A stretch of DNA of 64,000 nt from Octopus sinensis (GCF_006345805.1 NC_043006.1:93558001-93622000), one strand, 5' to 3'; counted from the stretch's first letter, positions 1 to 26,045 are shown. Notes: a model not told the origin generated them from the letters alone. Made by a program: numbers and translations.

Positions 1-38
1 AGTGTAAAGTTGCTATCCGGTCATCTTCAAAGACATAT

Positions 39-62
39 ATATATATATATGTGTGTGTGCGC

Positions 63-108
<46 letters not shown>

Positions 109-132
109 ATATATATATATATGTATATATTT

Positions 133-201
<69 letters not shown>

Positions 202-275
202 ATGTATGTATATATATATATATATAGATAGATATATATTACATATATATGTGTATATATATATACATATATATG

Positions 276-306
<31 letters not shown>

Positions 307-420
307 GTATATATATATATAGATATATAATATATATATAGAGAGAGAGAGAGAGATGTATGTATGTATGTGTATATATATATATATACACATATTTATA
401 CACACACACACACATATAAA
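39..420. repeat. (TA)n-dominated compound microsatellite
   Basis: Long TA runs with TG/GA/CA interruptions; the YI-repeat ORFs here are artefacts. Confidence 0.95.
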
Positions 421-1302
421 TACATATAGACATATATTATAATCTATAATGTGTTGGTGGTCGTGTACGTGCCTGTGGGTGGGTGTGCGTGCGTGCTTGT
501 GTGTGTGTGTGTAAATGTATATCTATACTTGTGTATGTGTATATGTGTGTACGTATTATGAAAAGAGGGCGGGTACTGGATTTCAGCTGACTTGGAATAT
601 AGTAATAGAACCGAGTTGAAATATCCCAGGGAGGCTATCTACAAGTAGACGAACAAATGTAATCCGAGTAGTTTGATGTTTGGTAGACGTATGTCCTAGA
701 AATATAAGCACAAATTTTTTAAAAAAACAGAAACTTTTATATTTTAACGTAGAATAAATGAGAACTACGATGTGTTTTTTTTTTCTAAAGTTATTTGGGA
801 TGTAAGTTAAGGAAAAACTGTTTCAGCCTCCAATAAAACGTAAATTGGAGTTGAAACCGGTTTGGAGCTTGTCTCATCACATACTGTACTTTCTTGTAAT
901 TGCTTCAAGGATGGGAGGAAAACAAAAAGAGAACTACGGTTGCGTCTTTATCATCGTACTTGCTGACGGAATTAGTAGTTATTGATTAATGTATTCTAAG
1001 CTCATAGGAATAAGACCAATGAGATACAGCAGAAGTGGTCACGTGAATTAATAAATCATTTTTTAAAATACAAAAACAGAAGTTAACACCATTTGTCAAA
1101 AGAGAAAGCAGGAAACTCAACGTTGAATGCCAGTAAAAGGGAAATGTATGCAATGTTATGTTTCAAAGGACGGGCATGAAAGGTAGAACCAACTGACCAA
1201 GTAAAAAAGGACAGCTCAGAGCTGGCTTCCGATAAAGAGTAGAGAAATCAGAACTATCGACCAAACGGACAGTGAAATATGTCATCCCTATCCACAGAAG
1301 TG

Positions 1303-1601
1303 TGAAAGCACATGGCCTAGTGGTTAGAGCAGCGGACTCACGATCGAGGGATCGCAGGTTCGAATCTCATACCGGACGATGTGTGTTTATGAGCGAAACA
1401 CCTAAGTTCCACGCGACTCCGTCAGAAGGTAATGGCGAACTTCTGCTGACTCTTTCGCCACAACCTTCTCTCACTCTTTCCTCCTGCATCTTGCAGCTCA
1501 CCTGCGACGGACTAGCGTCCCGTCAAGGCGGGGAACCTATACGCCAAGGAAACCGGGAAACCGGCCCTATCAGCCAGATATGGCTTGAGAAGGAGCAAAA
1601 A
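1303..1601 (+). mobile_element. tRNA-derived SINE with 13-bp target-site duplication
   Basis: A-box-like TGGCCTAGTGG (1313) and B-box-like GGTTCGAATC; A-rich end; ATCCACAGAAGTG repeated at 1290-1302 and 1602-1614. Confidence 0.85.
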
Positions 1602-2512
1602 ATCCACAGAAGTGCGAGCGCGTGGCACCAGCATGGTCCTGTAATTAAGCAGGTCACTTCATAGCAGAAAGATTCAAGTTCAATACTACTGCGTGTTACC
1701 AGGGGCCAAGTTTCTCTGCCATATCCTCAGACTGATATTCGGCTTAACAAAGACACTTGCCGTTTCTCTTCCCATAAATAACAGCCAAATCTTTCTCTTG
1801 ATTTACACATGATCATTTTCCGGAAACGAAAAAAGAGGGCACGCGTTTGTAATATTGTCTGAAGTAAATATCGTTTAAATAGATACATAAAGAACTTTCA
1901 AACTTCTTGAAATCATACACTAACATCTTCAAGAAACCATGCACACATTGCATAATATATTCCTGGGTAAATGAGGTCAGAAATAGAAATTTGGATTGGA
2001 CATTGCTGGAATATCACAGATCATAGGATTGCTTGATAACGGATTGCTCGGCATGGACACATTGGGTGATACGTAACTCGGTGACTAATGCCTGAAGTAC
2101 AATATTGGATGGTCAGAGATAAAATGTCGTTGATCATAAACCTACTCCATCATGAGTAATGGGCCCAGATGACACATCCCTCCAATGTTTTCTATGACCT
2201 TCAATGTTAAATGTATTTCGTTATATTCAACGTGGCGAAAACGTTGGTGCTTCGAGTACAGTGGAGAGATATATATTGGACTAGCACTATAACCCGGCAA
2301 CGTCGGGTCATAGTGCTAGTGCATGCATATAAAGCTGCGTGCGTGCACACATACACGCGAGTACTGTCCAAATCTCCGACCAATCACATACAGCTTGCTG
2401 GCATTTAATTGGCGTATCAAGTTTCGGGCATTTTGTTTGGGTTTTGGATAGAAAATTCACAAACAAGTCACTTCTATTGATTTTTCATGGCTTTGCGGGG
2501 TGACTGGAGAAA

Positions 2513-2650
2513 TGTAAAGATGTGCACGACCACCCTTGGACGGTTTTGAATGACCATAGAAAGTGCGAGCCCTCTAACTGAAAAATTGTGGATTTGTATA
2601 AAGGATACCCACACACAGACATTTTGCCGTTTATATATATACAGATAAGG
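2513..2650. repeat. 138-bp segment duplicated at 3988-4125
   Basis: TGTAAAGATGTGCACGACC...TATATACAGATAAGG reads identically at both positions by eye. Confidence 0.9.
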
Positions 2651-2789
2651 AATTGGTGTTTCAGTTTGGAGAAAATGTTCAAAATCTTAGATGCGTGGTC
2701 GGTCATTCAATTACGACACTGCTGAATATTTTGCTCGACGCACTAACGACACTGTATTTTCAATGCTTCCATAATTATGGTTTCCCATT

Positions 2790-3003
2790 TTGACACAAGC
2801 CCAGCAGTAGAGTGTGCGCGGGTCGGGGTGCATAAATTGACTTTATCGCCCCTCGTGTTCAACTGGTATTTTATTTTATCAACTCCGAAAGGATGAAAAG
2901 CAAAACTGACCTCCGCAGAATTTAAACCAAGAACCTAAAGACGGACGAAATGCCGCTAAACGGCAAGTCCGGAGGGCTAACGATTCTGCCAACTCACCGC
3001 CTT
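2790..3003 (-). mobile_element. SINE (family with 'gcctttcatcctttcggggtcgataaaataagtaccag' core), degraded
   Basis: Reverse complement matches plus-strand copies at 27123-27320, 56455-56620 and 57085-57480. Confidence 0.7.
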
Positions 3004-3534
3004 CATTTACGTTGTTAAATTAATTACTAACAATCCCGCTTTCGATACAAAGAGTTTAAGTAACTTACTAATTAATTATCTCACCAATAAACTGTTTACT
3101 CCGTGTTTCATGGAACTGAAATAGAATTTGTTTCACTTTCTTTTATTCATTTACCCACCCGTTCCACTGAATTCTGGGTGCATTTTCACTTTTTCTCTCT
3201 CATTTTCTTTTCTGTTTTATTTAATGCTATTTATTTGTTTATCTATTTTTACATATTTATCTTTTCCGTTCGTTCCCCTGATTGCGTTTCATCTCAAAGC
3301 TTCGAAAAGGTCGACCATAAACTGAGGAAAGATATGGTCCAAACCCTGAAAACGAAAGTGCAGACTGCTCTAAGGAAAACCAAATAGGAATGGTGGAATG
3401 AAAGAGCAAAATGGACACAAGAAGCAGCTAAAACAAATAAGAAAATATAAAAAGTCTAAAATAAGAACATAGAAAACTTTTAACATTGGCGTGTATTTAA
3501 TAAAACATGCTTTAATGAAAATCTGATCCTCACA

Positions 3535-3572
3535 GAGAGACACAGGGACAGACAGGCAGACAGACAGAGACT

Positions 3573-3616
<44 letters not shown>

Positions 3617-3620
3617 GGAC

Positions 3621-3705
<85 letters not shown>

Positions 3706-3799
3706 CACACACACACACACACACACAGACACACAGACAGACACACACACAGACAGACACACACACACACAGACAGACAGACAGATAGATAGATAGCTT

Positions 3800-3869
<70 letters not shown>

Positions 3870-3870
3870 C
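3535..3870. repeat. (GACA)n/(GATA)n/(CA)n compound microsatellite
   Basis: Direct reading. Confidence 0.95.
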
Positions 3871-3987
3871 AAGATGCTTTTAAACGACGTAACAAGAGCC
3901 TGATTTTCAGGGGAGATAACTCATAACCGTTACAATACAAATTCTTTCCCTTGAAATATCTCACCTCGATCAGGTGAGAGTGTAAAC

Positions 3988-4125
3988 TGTAAAGATGTGC
4001 ACGACCACCCTTGGACGGTTTTGAATGACCATAGAAAGTGCGAGCCCTCTAACTGAAAAATTGTGGATTTGTATAAAGGATACCCACACACAGACATTTT
4101 GCCGTTTATATATATACAGATAAGG
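3988..4125. repeat. Second copy of the 138-bp segment at 2513-2650
   Basis: Direct comparison. Confidence 0.9.
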
Positions 4126-4403
4126 TTATTTGTAAATCTTCAACAGCTTTTTTGCATAATCTATACCCATGACCATCCCTCAAGGTTTCAGTCAACCAGT
4201 CATTTTCTATTCAGTCTCGCTGTACGGCATCTTGGGCAACTGTCTTCCACTATAGCCATGTGTCGATTTATGCCTTGGGAGTAATTTTGGAAGACGGAAA
4301 TTCTATGGAAATACATCGCATGTATCTGTGTTGGTGTGGGTGGTCGTGTGTGTGTCTCTCTTTGTCCCCCAACACCGCTGGTCAAACAGCCTAAGAAACG
4401 TAA

Positions 4404-4592
4404 AATAAGCCCCAGGCTGATCAATGAGTCCAAGCCTGAACAATACGTACCAGTCTGAACAATAAGTCCTAGGCTGAACAATAAGCTCTAGGCCGAACGA
4501 TAAGTCCTAGACTTTACAATAAGTCTCAGACTGGACAATAATTCTCAGGCTAAACACTAAGTTCCAGGCTGATCAATAAGTTCTAAACTTAT
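4404..4592. repeat. 19-bp degenerate minisatellite, about 10 copies (consensus AATAAGTCCTAGGCTGAAC)
   Basis: Units in exact 19-nt register starting 4404, 4423, 4442, 4461, 4480, 4499, 4518, 4537, 4556, 4575. Confidence 0.9.
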
Positions 4593-4678
4593 ATCAAAGT
4601 AATAGGAGCTCATAGTTATACACCATAGGTACTAGACTTTCTCTCTCTCTCTCTCTCTATATATATATAATATATATA

Positions 4679-4734
<56 letters not shown>

Positions 4735-4835
4735 ATATATATATATATATATATAATATATATATATATCCATCTATCTATCCATCTTTCTCTCTTTGAC
4801 TCTGTCTCTGTATATCTCGCTCTCGCTCTCTCTCT

Positions 4836-4872
<37 letters not shown>

Positions 4873-4875
4873 CAT

Positions 4876-4911
<36 letters not shown>

Positions 4912-5133
4912 GTATGTATATATATATACATATTTAAATCCTCCTTCTATTTCTCCCTCCTATCATTATACATATCCTTCCTTTTGATTCCCCCAACCCA
5001 CAGTCCCATCTTGCATGCACAGTTTTTATTTTTTCCCAGAGCACCAAGTTCTAATAGGCGCACAATGGCAGAGCACCACTTTCATGCAAGTCTGCCGAAG
5101 AGCTTCTGCAATGCTTAAAACGGCAAATATTAC

Positions 5134-5321
5134 TCTTTTACTTTTTTACTTGTGTCAGTCATTTAACTGCGGCCATGCTGGAGCACTGCTTTTAGTCGAG
5201 CAAATCGACCCCAGGCCTTATTTTTTTGTAAGCCTAGTACTTATTCTATCGGTCTGTTTTGCCGAACAGCTAAGTTACGGGGACCTAAACATTAAACATT
5301 GATGTTGGGGGACAAACACAG

Positions 5322-5401
<80 letters not shown>

Positions 5402-5573
5402 ACATACATATACACACATATGCATTAGTGTCCTCTACCGAATCTACTGACAAGGCTTTGGTCGACCCCAGGCTATGGTACAAGACACCTGACCAAGGTG
5501 CCACGCAGTGGGACTGAACCCGGAACCATGTGGTTGGTAAGCAAGCTACTTACCACACAGCCACTCCTGCGCC
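5134..5573 (-). mobile_element. Full-length tRNA-headed SINE with internal (TA)n (head GGCGCAGGAGTGGCTGTGTGGTAAGTAGC)
   Basis: Same family at 6775-7238, 10881-11320 and 34545-35521; A/B-box-like head on the minus strand. Confidence 0.85.
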
Positions 5574-5767
5574 GTAATTTTTCTTTTAGAATTTTCGTGT
5601 AAACTGGCGTTGCCAATGGAGATAGTACGGAAACATTTGTAACTTATAATTAAAGATGTGTTCAAGAATTTTCTTTGTCTTCTTTTCATTGGATTGTGTG
5701 TGTGTGTGTGTTTGTGCGCGCGTGTGTGTGTGTGTGTGTGTATGTGTGTGTGTGTGTGTGCGCGCGC

Positions 5768-5805
<38 letters not shown>

Positions 5806-5930
5806 GTGTGCGTGCGTGCGTACGTACGTATAATGAATGTCTGTATTGCAATTTGCTTCCGTCTTCTTTCCGGTTTCCTCTTCGTCTCCTTCTCATTTGT
5901 GCACTCTGTTATATTCGTGTTGGTTTTTCC

Positions 5931-6060
5931 ACTTTGGTCGGTCCGAGGCTATAGTAGAAGACACTTGCCCAAGGTGCCACGCAGTGAGACTGAACCCGGA
6001 ATCATGCGGTTGTTAAGCAAGCTACTTTATTTCATGAAAATCCAGGTGTTATCGCTATTG
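5931..6060 (-). repeat. Partial SINE plus Tx1 3'-end junction, near-duplicate of 7144-7262
   Basis: GAACCCGGAATCATGCGGTTGTTAAGCAAGCTACTTTATTTCATGAAAAT occurs in both places. Confidence 0.8.
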
Positions 6061-6294
6061 AGTTCAACCGTCAATTACTTGTGCCTGACCATAATTAAAG
6101 AGATTAATTAAATAAAACACGATTTTCTTTTCATCATTTAATGAAAATAATTAGTTCAATAATAATTTTATACTTTAGTTTTGCTAATTTTTCATTTCAT
6201 TAGATATATGCAGGTGGATTAATCCTCGCCGTCGAATATAAACGTTGACCGAATAAATATATGCTAAAATTAAAATATTTCATGAACGTATTTA

Positions 6295-6562
6295 TACGTG
6301 TGTGTGAGTGTTTGTGTGTGCATATGTGTATGTGTGTGTGTGCATGTGTGTATGTGTGCGCGTATGTGTGTGTGTGTGTTTGCGTGTGTGTGTGCGTGCG
6401 TGTGCGTGTGTGTGTGTGCGTGCGTGTGCATGCGTGTGCGTGTGTGTGTGAGTGTGTGTGTGTGTGTGTGCGTGCGTGTGCATGCGTGTGCGTGTGTGTG
6501 TGAGTGTGTGTGTGTGTGTGTGTGTGCGTGCGTGTGTATGTGTGTGCGTGTGTGTGTGTGTG
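6295..6562. repeat. (TG)n/(TGCG)n alternating purine-pyrimidine tract
   Basis: Direct reading. Confidence 0.95.
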
Positions 6563-6774
6563 TACTTCAAAATTAATTCTCCCTTTACATTCATTCAAAG
6601 ATAGACAGAGATGTTAAAGGGAGGTTATTATACGAGAATAAATAAGAGTAGTTCCCCTTGATTACCACAAAGGCAGTTACTTCACGCTGTTCCACGACCT
6701 TTTCCCATGGCGTCTCTTCATGTGCATTCCATGAAATATATTCACACAGACATAACTATTGATTATTGAGTCTT

Positions 6775-7238
6775 GTTAATACTTGTTTCACTCATTGGAC
6801 TGCGACCATGCTGGAGCATTGCCTTGATCTGTTTAGTTGAACAAATCGACTTCAGTACTTATTTCGTAGCCTTTTTCTTTTTTCTTTTTTACTTGTTTCA
6901 GTCATTTGACTACGGCCATGAGGGAGCACCCCAGGACTTATTCTTGGTAAGCCTAGTACTTATTATATCGGTCGCTTTTCGCCGAACCGCTAAGTTACGG
7001 GGACATAAACACACCAGCATCGGTTGTCAAGCGATGCTGGAGAGACAAGCACAGACACACCAACAAATACACACACATACATACATATGCATATATACGA
7101 CGGGCTTCTTTCAGTTTCCCTCCACCAAATCCCCTTAGAAGGCTTTGGTCGGCCCGAGGCTATAGTAGAAGACACTTGCCCAAGGTGCCACGCAGTAAGA
7201 CTGAACCCGGAATCATGCGGTTGTTAAGCAAGCTACTT
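6775..7238 (-). mobile_element. SINE body whose 5' head is split off by a Tx1 insertion
   Basis: Matches 5134-5551; the missing 23-nt head (TACCACACAGCCACTCCTGGGCC) reappears at 10689-10711. Confidence 0.85.
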
Positions 7239-10200
7239 TATTTCATGAAAATTCGCTATTAAGGCGTTACATAGAGGGAACATACAAATACAGACAAACA
7301 TATAGAGTGTGGTAGCTTAAAACGTTTTAGTATTTACAATATAATGTGTACAATATTTATAATATAAAGTTTACAAATTTAATATCACATAGTAGGGCAA
7401 GGAACCTAGCCATATTGGTAGAACCTTTACCTCTTGATCCGGCCACACTTACCTGGTGCCAAATATACCCAGCTTGCAAGCTACAGACTTCCATCTTTTC
7501 ACAAACATATCTCGTGACAGATACCTCTTCTTCAGCCTGATCTTACTACCGAGGTGGTAACTAAAAAGTTAACCAACCCCTGGCCGGATACAAAGGTACC
7601 TGTCACTATACCTTTCGTACGCGTCTTCCATACTATTTCTTTCAGTATGGTTACTACGCAGGAAAAACAAGCCTTCCTTTCCTTGCTGAGGAAAGGAGGT
7701 GGCACAATCTCAATGATAGACTCCGCTGATAGCTGTACTCCTCCATTCACTGACAACACGAATGCTTGCCAGACGGTTTCCCTATCCCGCTCACATCGCG
7801 GACATGTCGGCGAGACGGCATTTCCGTGCCTTGACAGCTTGTCGCGAACAGAAAACGCCGCACGGAAACACTGTCAGGCCAGGGATTTCTGGTAATTATC
7901 CAGATACCCCGGCCTGAACGCTCCCCGGAAGAGGTTGACCAACTGATTTTCATCGTAGCCCAGGGTCTCCCCCAAGGTGTCTTCGGACTTAACCTCCACT
8001 AACCTGCCATAGAAATCCGCGGTGGAACTTCTGTTGCCGGCATTGCACGCCCGAGAGAGTAGCTGAAGTGCCTGGCGGCTCTCCAATTGCCAGTCCCCCA
8101 GCCTAGGTCTCTGCTTGATCCAATTACCAATGTCCGTTAAGGACGTTAATTGCGGAAGGTAGAACCGAACCTCGGTGACTACACCTGCTCTCCATCCAAG
8201 TAAAGCCAGAGGTGCCTCAACCTTAACGCGAATTTTCGCATCTTCAGCCAAGGCATCCCTAGCCCAGCCTTTAGCGGTTTCTGGCTTTCCTCCTTTCCTC
8301 AAAAAGCGGAAAAGGATTCTCTCCAACTTGTTCAGCCACAAATCGGGGCAAGGCACCACGGTCAGACGGTAGGTGACTACTGATGCTATGAACAGCTGCA
8401 CCACCTCCGCCCTCCCTAGCAGGGATAACGCCCGTCCAGACCAGGTCTGAGTTAGAGCGGTCACCCTGCCGGCTACCTCACTCCAATTTTTCTCTATCTA
8501 CAGGTCTGGCCCGAACCAGACTCCGAGCAGCTTAACAGGACCTTCCGTCCAACGACCCACGACGTTATTGGACGGCATCGGCTTGCTCCTCCAGGTGCCG
8601 AGTTGCAAACCGACCGACTTGTCCTTGTTAACCTTTGCTCCTGTCACCGCCTCGTAACTTTTGATGGCCCCTTCCACCACTGGAAGCTGGCCTTCATCTG
8701 CCACGATGATAGAGATGTCATCCGTGTACGCCGTAGCTCCTCTTCCACACCATAGATCATGCAGTGCGCACCCTAGTGCCTCCAACTTCCGCAGCAAAGG
8801 CTCAAGAGCCAACACATATAGAAGCGGGGACAGGGCCACCCCTGACGAACTGAATGCTCGATCCTGAACGGCTTCGAACGGAAACCGTTCCCCTTGACGA
8901 CAGACTCGATGTCGCTATACAAAGCAGCGATCCCACCTCGAAAGGTCGGACCCAGGCCAGCCTCCCCGAGGACCGCCGCCAAGTACCGATGGTCGACCCT
9001 ATTAAATGCCTTAGACTGGTCTAAATGTACCAGTGCCCCCCCTGCGCCAGAAAGCTTCCCCACCCTCTCTAAGGAGTTGCGTATAACGTAGAGATTGTCG
9101 TGTATCGTCCTGCCTGGAATAGTGCACGTTTGCGTTTCTCCGACAAGTTTGTCCACGACCCGCGCCAACCTTTTCGCCAGCACCTTGGCCAAAATCTTAA
9201 ACTCTATGTTCAGCAGGGCCTGAAGTTCCCTATCTCGTCCCCCTTGCTCGGGTCCTTCCTGATCAACGTCACCACCCCCCGGCTCGCAGACTTGGGAATT
9301 CTCCCATTCTGTGGCCAATTGGCGAAGGCGCTAGCCAGCAGGTGCCCGAACAAGTCTGGCATACTTTTATAAAACTCATAGGGCAGACCATCGAGACCCG
9401 GCGACTTCTACCCGGGGCACTCGCCCAACACCTCGATTACTTCCTCGGCTGTGATTGGCCCCTCACGGCATTCAGCCTCTCGTGCCGAGAGACGCGGACC
9501 ACCAGATAGGAAGTCCCTAAGGGCCTCACCATGATCCAGCGTCCCGCACCTCCCGAACAACTCGGCGAAGTGCTTGTAAAGTGCCTCACGCATCTCGTCT
9601 CGCTCCTTGACCGTGCATCCGTTTCCGTCAGCAAGAGACCTAATTGTGGCATCGTTGCCACGCTGGGTTTCTATCGTACGGGCCCATCCGGCAACATTAA
9701 TTCCCTCACGGCCCAATGCTCGCACTTTAGCCCGAACTCTACACCCCTCATGTCTAATGTCGTTCTCGCCGCCAGAACGTGAGATGCAGAGCCCAACCTC
9801 AACGCCTCCTCTAAGTTCTTAACTAATTGCCCTTCTATTCTAGCCCTATCTAATCTTAGTTGCTTACTAAACCTAATGGACTCGAATCGAATGGCTCTTT
9901 TGAGGGCGAACCACCACCGGTTATTAACCCTGGCTCCGGTTAACGCCCTTTGCACTAACTCCTTAATCCGACTACGGTATGCCTCACAAGTCAAAATAGT
10001 CTTGTTCAGCTTCCAGTAGCCAGGTCCTATCTTAAGTGTGCTACCTATGTCCAGTCTACACTTGACCATTCTAATGTCAGTATAGGGCACCTGGACAAGC
10101 TGTGGACAACTAAAACTAGACTTATCTCTAGTTTTTATCACTATCCTGTCTAGATAAGACTTGAACCTTCCGTTGCCACTCATCCAGGTCCACTCTGGGA

Positions 10201-10688
10201 CGTTAGGATGGTGAAGTCTGTAACGATCTGCCAGCTGAAACCGCTTAAGCAGATCCACGAGACGTGAGTTCACTTTTCTATGGATCGAGCCAACACTATC
10301 GATGTGTACGTCAACGATAGCATTAAAGTCCCCTAATACTACTAAAGTCTTCGACGTCACGAGAAAGTTCTCTAGGCGCCGATAAAAATCAGTTTGGAAA
10401 CCTCTAGCACAAGGTGCATAGAGTCCGATCAACCTGAAGGCCTTTCTGCTGTATGTCACATCAAGGACGACCAGCCCACCTTCAGGGTCCACATAGACTG
10501 TACTTGTCTGCAGAGCCAAGTCTTTACGGATCAGAACCACTACACCCCCTCGCCCTCCGGTCTGGCCAGGAGACATGATTTTCTCGTAGCCATTCAGGAG
10601 GTGAGAAGGTTTGTAGACTGTCCAGCTTGGTCTCTGTAGCAACCATCACATGCATATCATGTGATCTGAGATCGTCGAGGAAACGATC
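7239..10688 (-). mobile_element. 5'-truncated Tx1/L1-clade non-LTR retrotransposon (3.45 kb)
   Basis: APE endonuclease motifs (LIGLYAP, VVLGDFN, YLDRIV, GPGYWKLN); RT motifs (LLNIEFKILAK, LDQSKAFNRVDH, VRQG..LSPLLY, AYTDDI, VKLLG); C-terminal CPRC..ETV remnant; 3' end ...TTTTCATGAAATA; bounded by the two halves of one SINE. Confidence 0.9.
7600..10688 (-). pseudogene. Frameshifted ORF2 (EN-RT) of the Tx1 element
   Basis: ORF pieces 9671-10642, 9408-9725, 8773-9318, 8498-8839 and 7874-8464 lie in different frames; the APE SDH motif reads TDI and YADD reads YTDD; ORF1 absent. Confidence 0.85.
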
Positions 10689-10721
10689 TACCACACAGCC
10701 ACTCCTGGGCCTATTAAAATG

Positions 10722-10795
10722 GTTGTTGTTATTCAGGTCACTGCTTGGAATCGAACTCGGGATCTTGGGGGTTAGTAGTCAGCGCTCTTTGTGCC
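10722..10795 (-). mobile_element. Short tRNA(Ser)-like SINE head (other copies 11347-11405 minus, 42398-42497 plus)
   Basis: GAGCGC.GRCTACTAACCCCAAGATYCCGAGTTCGATTCC shared by three copies, with a B-box GAGTTCGATTCC. Confidence 0.7.
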
Positions 10796-10880
10796 TCGGA
10801 GGGGAACTTTCTAAGTGCAATCCCACGGTCATTCATATCTGAAGGGCGTCTTTACACTTTATATATAAATATATATATAT

Positions 10881-11032
10881 GTGTGTGGTAAGTAGCTTGT
10901 TTACCAACCACATGGTTCTGTGTTCAGTCTCACTGCGTGGCACCTCGGGAAAGTGTCTTCTACCTTAGCCTCGGGCCGACCAAAGCCTTGTGAGTGGATT
11001 TGGTAGACGGAAACTGAAAGAAGCCCGTCGTA

Positions 11033-11102
<70 letters not shown>

Positions 11103-11320
11103 TGTGTGTGTTTGTGTGTCTGTGTTTGACCCCCTAGCATTGCTTGACAACCGATGCTGGTGTGTTTATGTCCCCGTTACTTAGCGGTTCGGCAAAAGAG
11201 ACCGATAGAATAAGTACAGGGCTTACAAAAGAATAGGTCCCGGGGTCGAGTTGCTCGATTAACGGCGGTGCCCCAGCATGGCCGCAGTCAAATGACTGAA
11301 ACCAGTAAAAGAGTAAAAGA
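10881..11320 (+). mobile_element. SINE, same family as 5134-5573, intact at the site where the other copy is interrupted
   Basis: GTGTGGTAAGTAGCTTG...GAAAGAAGCCCGTCG(TA)n...GAAACCAGTAAAAGA. Confidence 0.85.
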
Positions 11321-12055
11321 GACATACATACATACATATATATATGCGGGATCGAACTCGGAATCTTGGGGTTAGTAGCCCGCACTCTTAACCACTACGC
11401 CATATATTATGGTAAATATTTTAACGAATCGCTCAGTTATGGGAACTTAAACAAACCAACACCTGTCGTAAAGTGTTGGTGTGTGGACGATACACACACA
11501 AACACAAGCATGATACGTTTGTGTGTATGTGTATGTGTGTGTGTGTGTGTACATGCAATCTACACAGCTTTTGGAGACGAGAGAGAGTAGACGATACTCA
11601 ATCAAGAACGTTTATAAAATCAACGCACGTTATACACTTCGTCCCAAATGTGGAATTAGATGGAATCTGAGAATTTCCATAGCATGCCCACCAATATACA
11701 ATTAACGGTTTAGCAACGAAATATGCAGGTGAAGCAATGACGTACGGGGAATTCTGGTGCCACCAAACTTAAGCAATGTATGAAGAGGGTTCATCGGCCT
11801 AAGATGTAATCAGAGCAGTGGAGTAACTTGCACAACGAACTGCGATGTTTAACTATTTTATATTTGTTTTTTATTATACGTTTTCATTTATTCCCTATAA
11901 ATCATTTATGCATTCTGGTTTTTACAATGATGCCATCTTCAGTCTCCAACACGTTCATATTTATATCACTTGTATTTCTCACGCCACAACACTTCTTTGT
12001 AAGTCTCCTCTATGCAGTTTTACGAATTTTAGTGCATTTCTACCAGCTCATGCCT

Positions 12056-25357
<13,302 letters not shown>

Positions 25358-25457
25358 NNNNNNNNNNNNNNNNNNNNNNNNNNNNNNNNNNNNNNNNNNN
25401 NNNNNNNNNNNNNNNNNNNNNNNNNNNNNNNNNNNNNNNNNNNNNNNNNNNNNNNNN
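25358..25457. other. Assembly gap (100 N)
   Basis: N run; a round length suggests a placeholder of unknown true size. Confidence 1.
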
Positions 25458-25960
25458 TTTTCCAATACCCGTTTTTGATAGCTTCGAGCTCTATTTCTGT
25501 GAACTAACGATTTTTTTCTTATTGTTCTAGTTTGATCATATAATATCTGTTCCGTGAGTTGGAACAATCCACTTTCTCTCCATTGATCATACATACGTTG
25601 TCGGTATCCCCTAGTAAGAGCACCATTTTCGTCTACAGGATTGTTCAGGTTGTAACACTCTATGATCACAGCATTGTTTTGTTTGTTCCATCTACGCAGT
25701 GTATGCTGGTCGCTTGCTAGATAACGACAGGCTGGAGTCGGACCAATATCTCTGAGCCTGCCGGGTGTAACACTGTCACCATCAAGGGCTTCAGTTTCAT
25801 TACCACTGTTATTCACAAAATTTCAGGCCTTGTGCCTAAACTAGAAAAGAATGAGCATTCCTGTGCGATAATGACACAAAAGCGGCCTCACACCCTTGGG
25901 TCAGCTTTTATTACTACTAGCGATTAATGAGAGCGCTAGACCTGGCTTTGAAAAAACCAA
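25458..25960 (-). mobile_element. 5' part of an R4/Dong-type RLE non-LTR retrotransposon running into the gap
   Basis: ORF 25331-25816: RRWNKQNNAVIIECY...RGYRQRMYDQW...TEQILYDQTRTIRKK, a typical R4/Dong N-terminal region and similar in pattern to the KWTREDYRDVLKAFY region of the 42960 element. Confidence 0.7.
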
Positions 25961-26003
25961 TTCACCTTGTTCTTATACTAATTACTGATAGAAAAATATA
26001 TTA

Positions 26004-26045
<42 letters not shown>

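Noticed and set aside
13-433. Long low-complexity ORFs (YI, CV, HT, poly-I/L/Y/N) here and throughout the window
   Set aside because: These are translations of microsatellites.
25840-25940. HDV-like ribozyme at the R4 5' end
   Set aside because: Hairpins are present (CTAGCG/CGCTAG, AAAAGC/GCTTTT), but I could not assemble the nested double pseudoknot.
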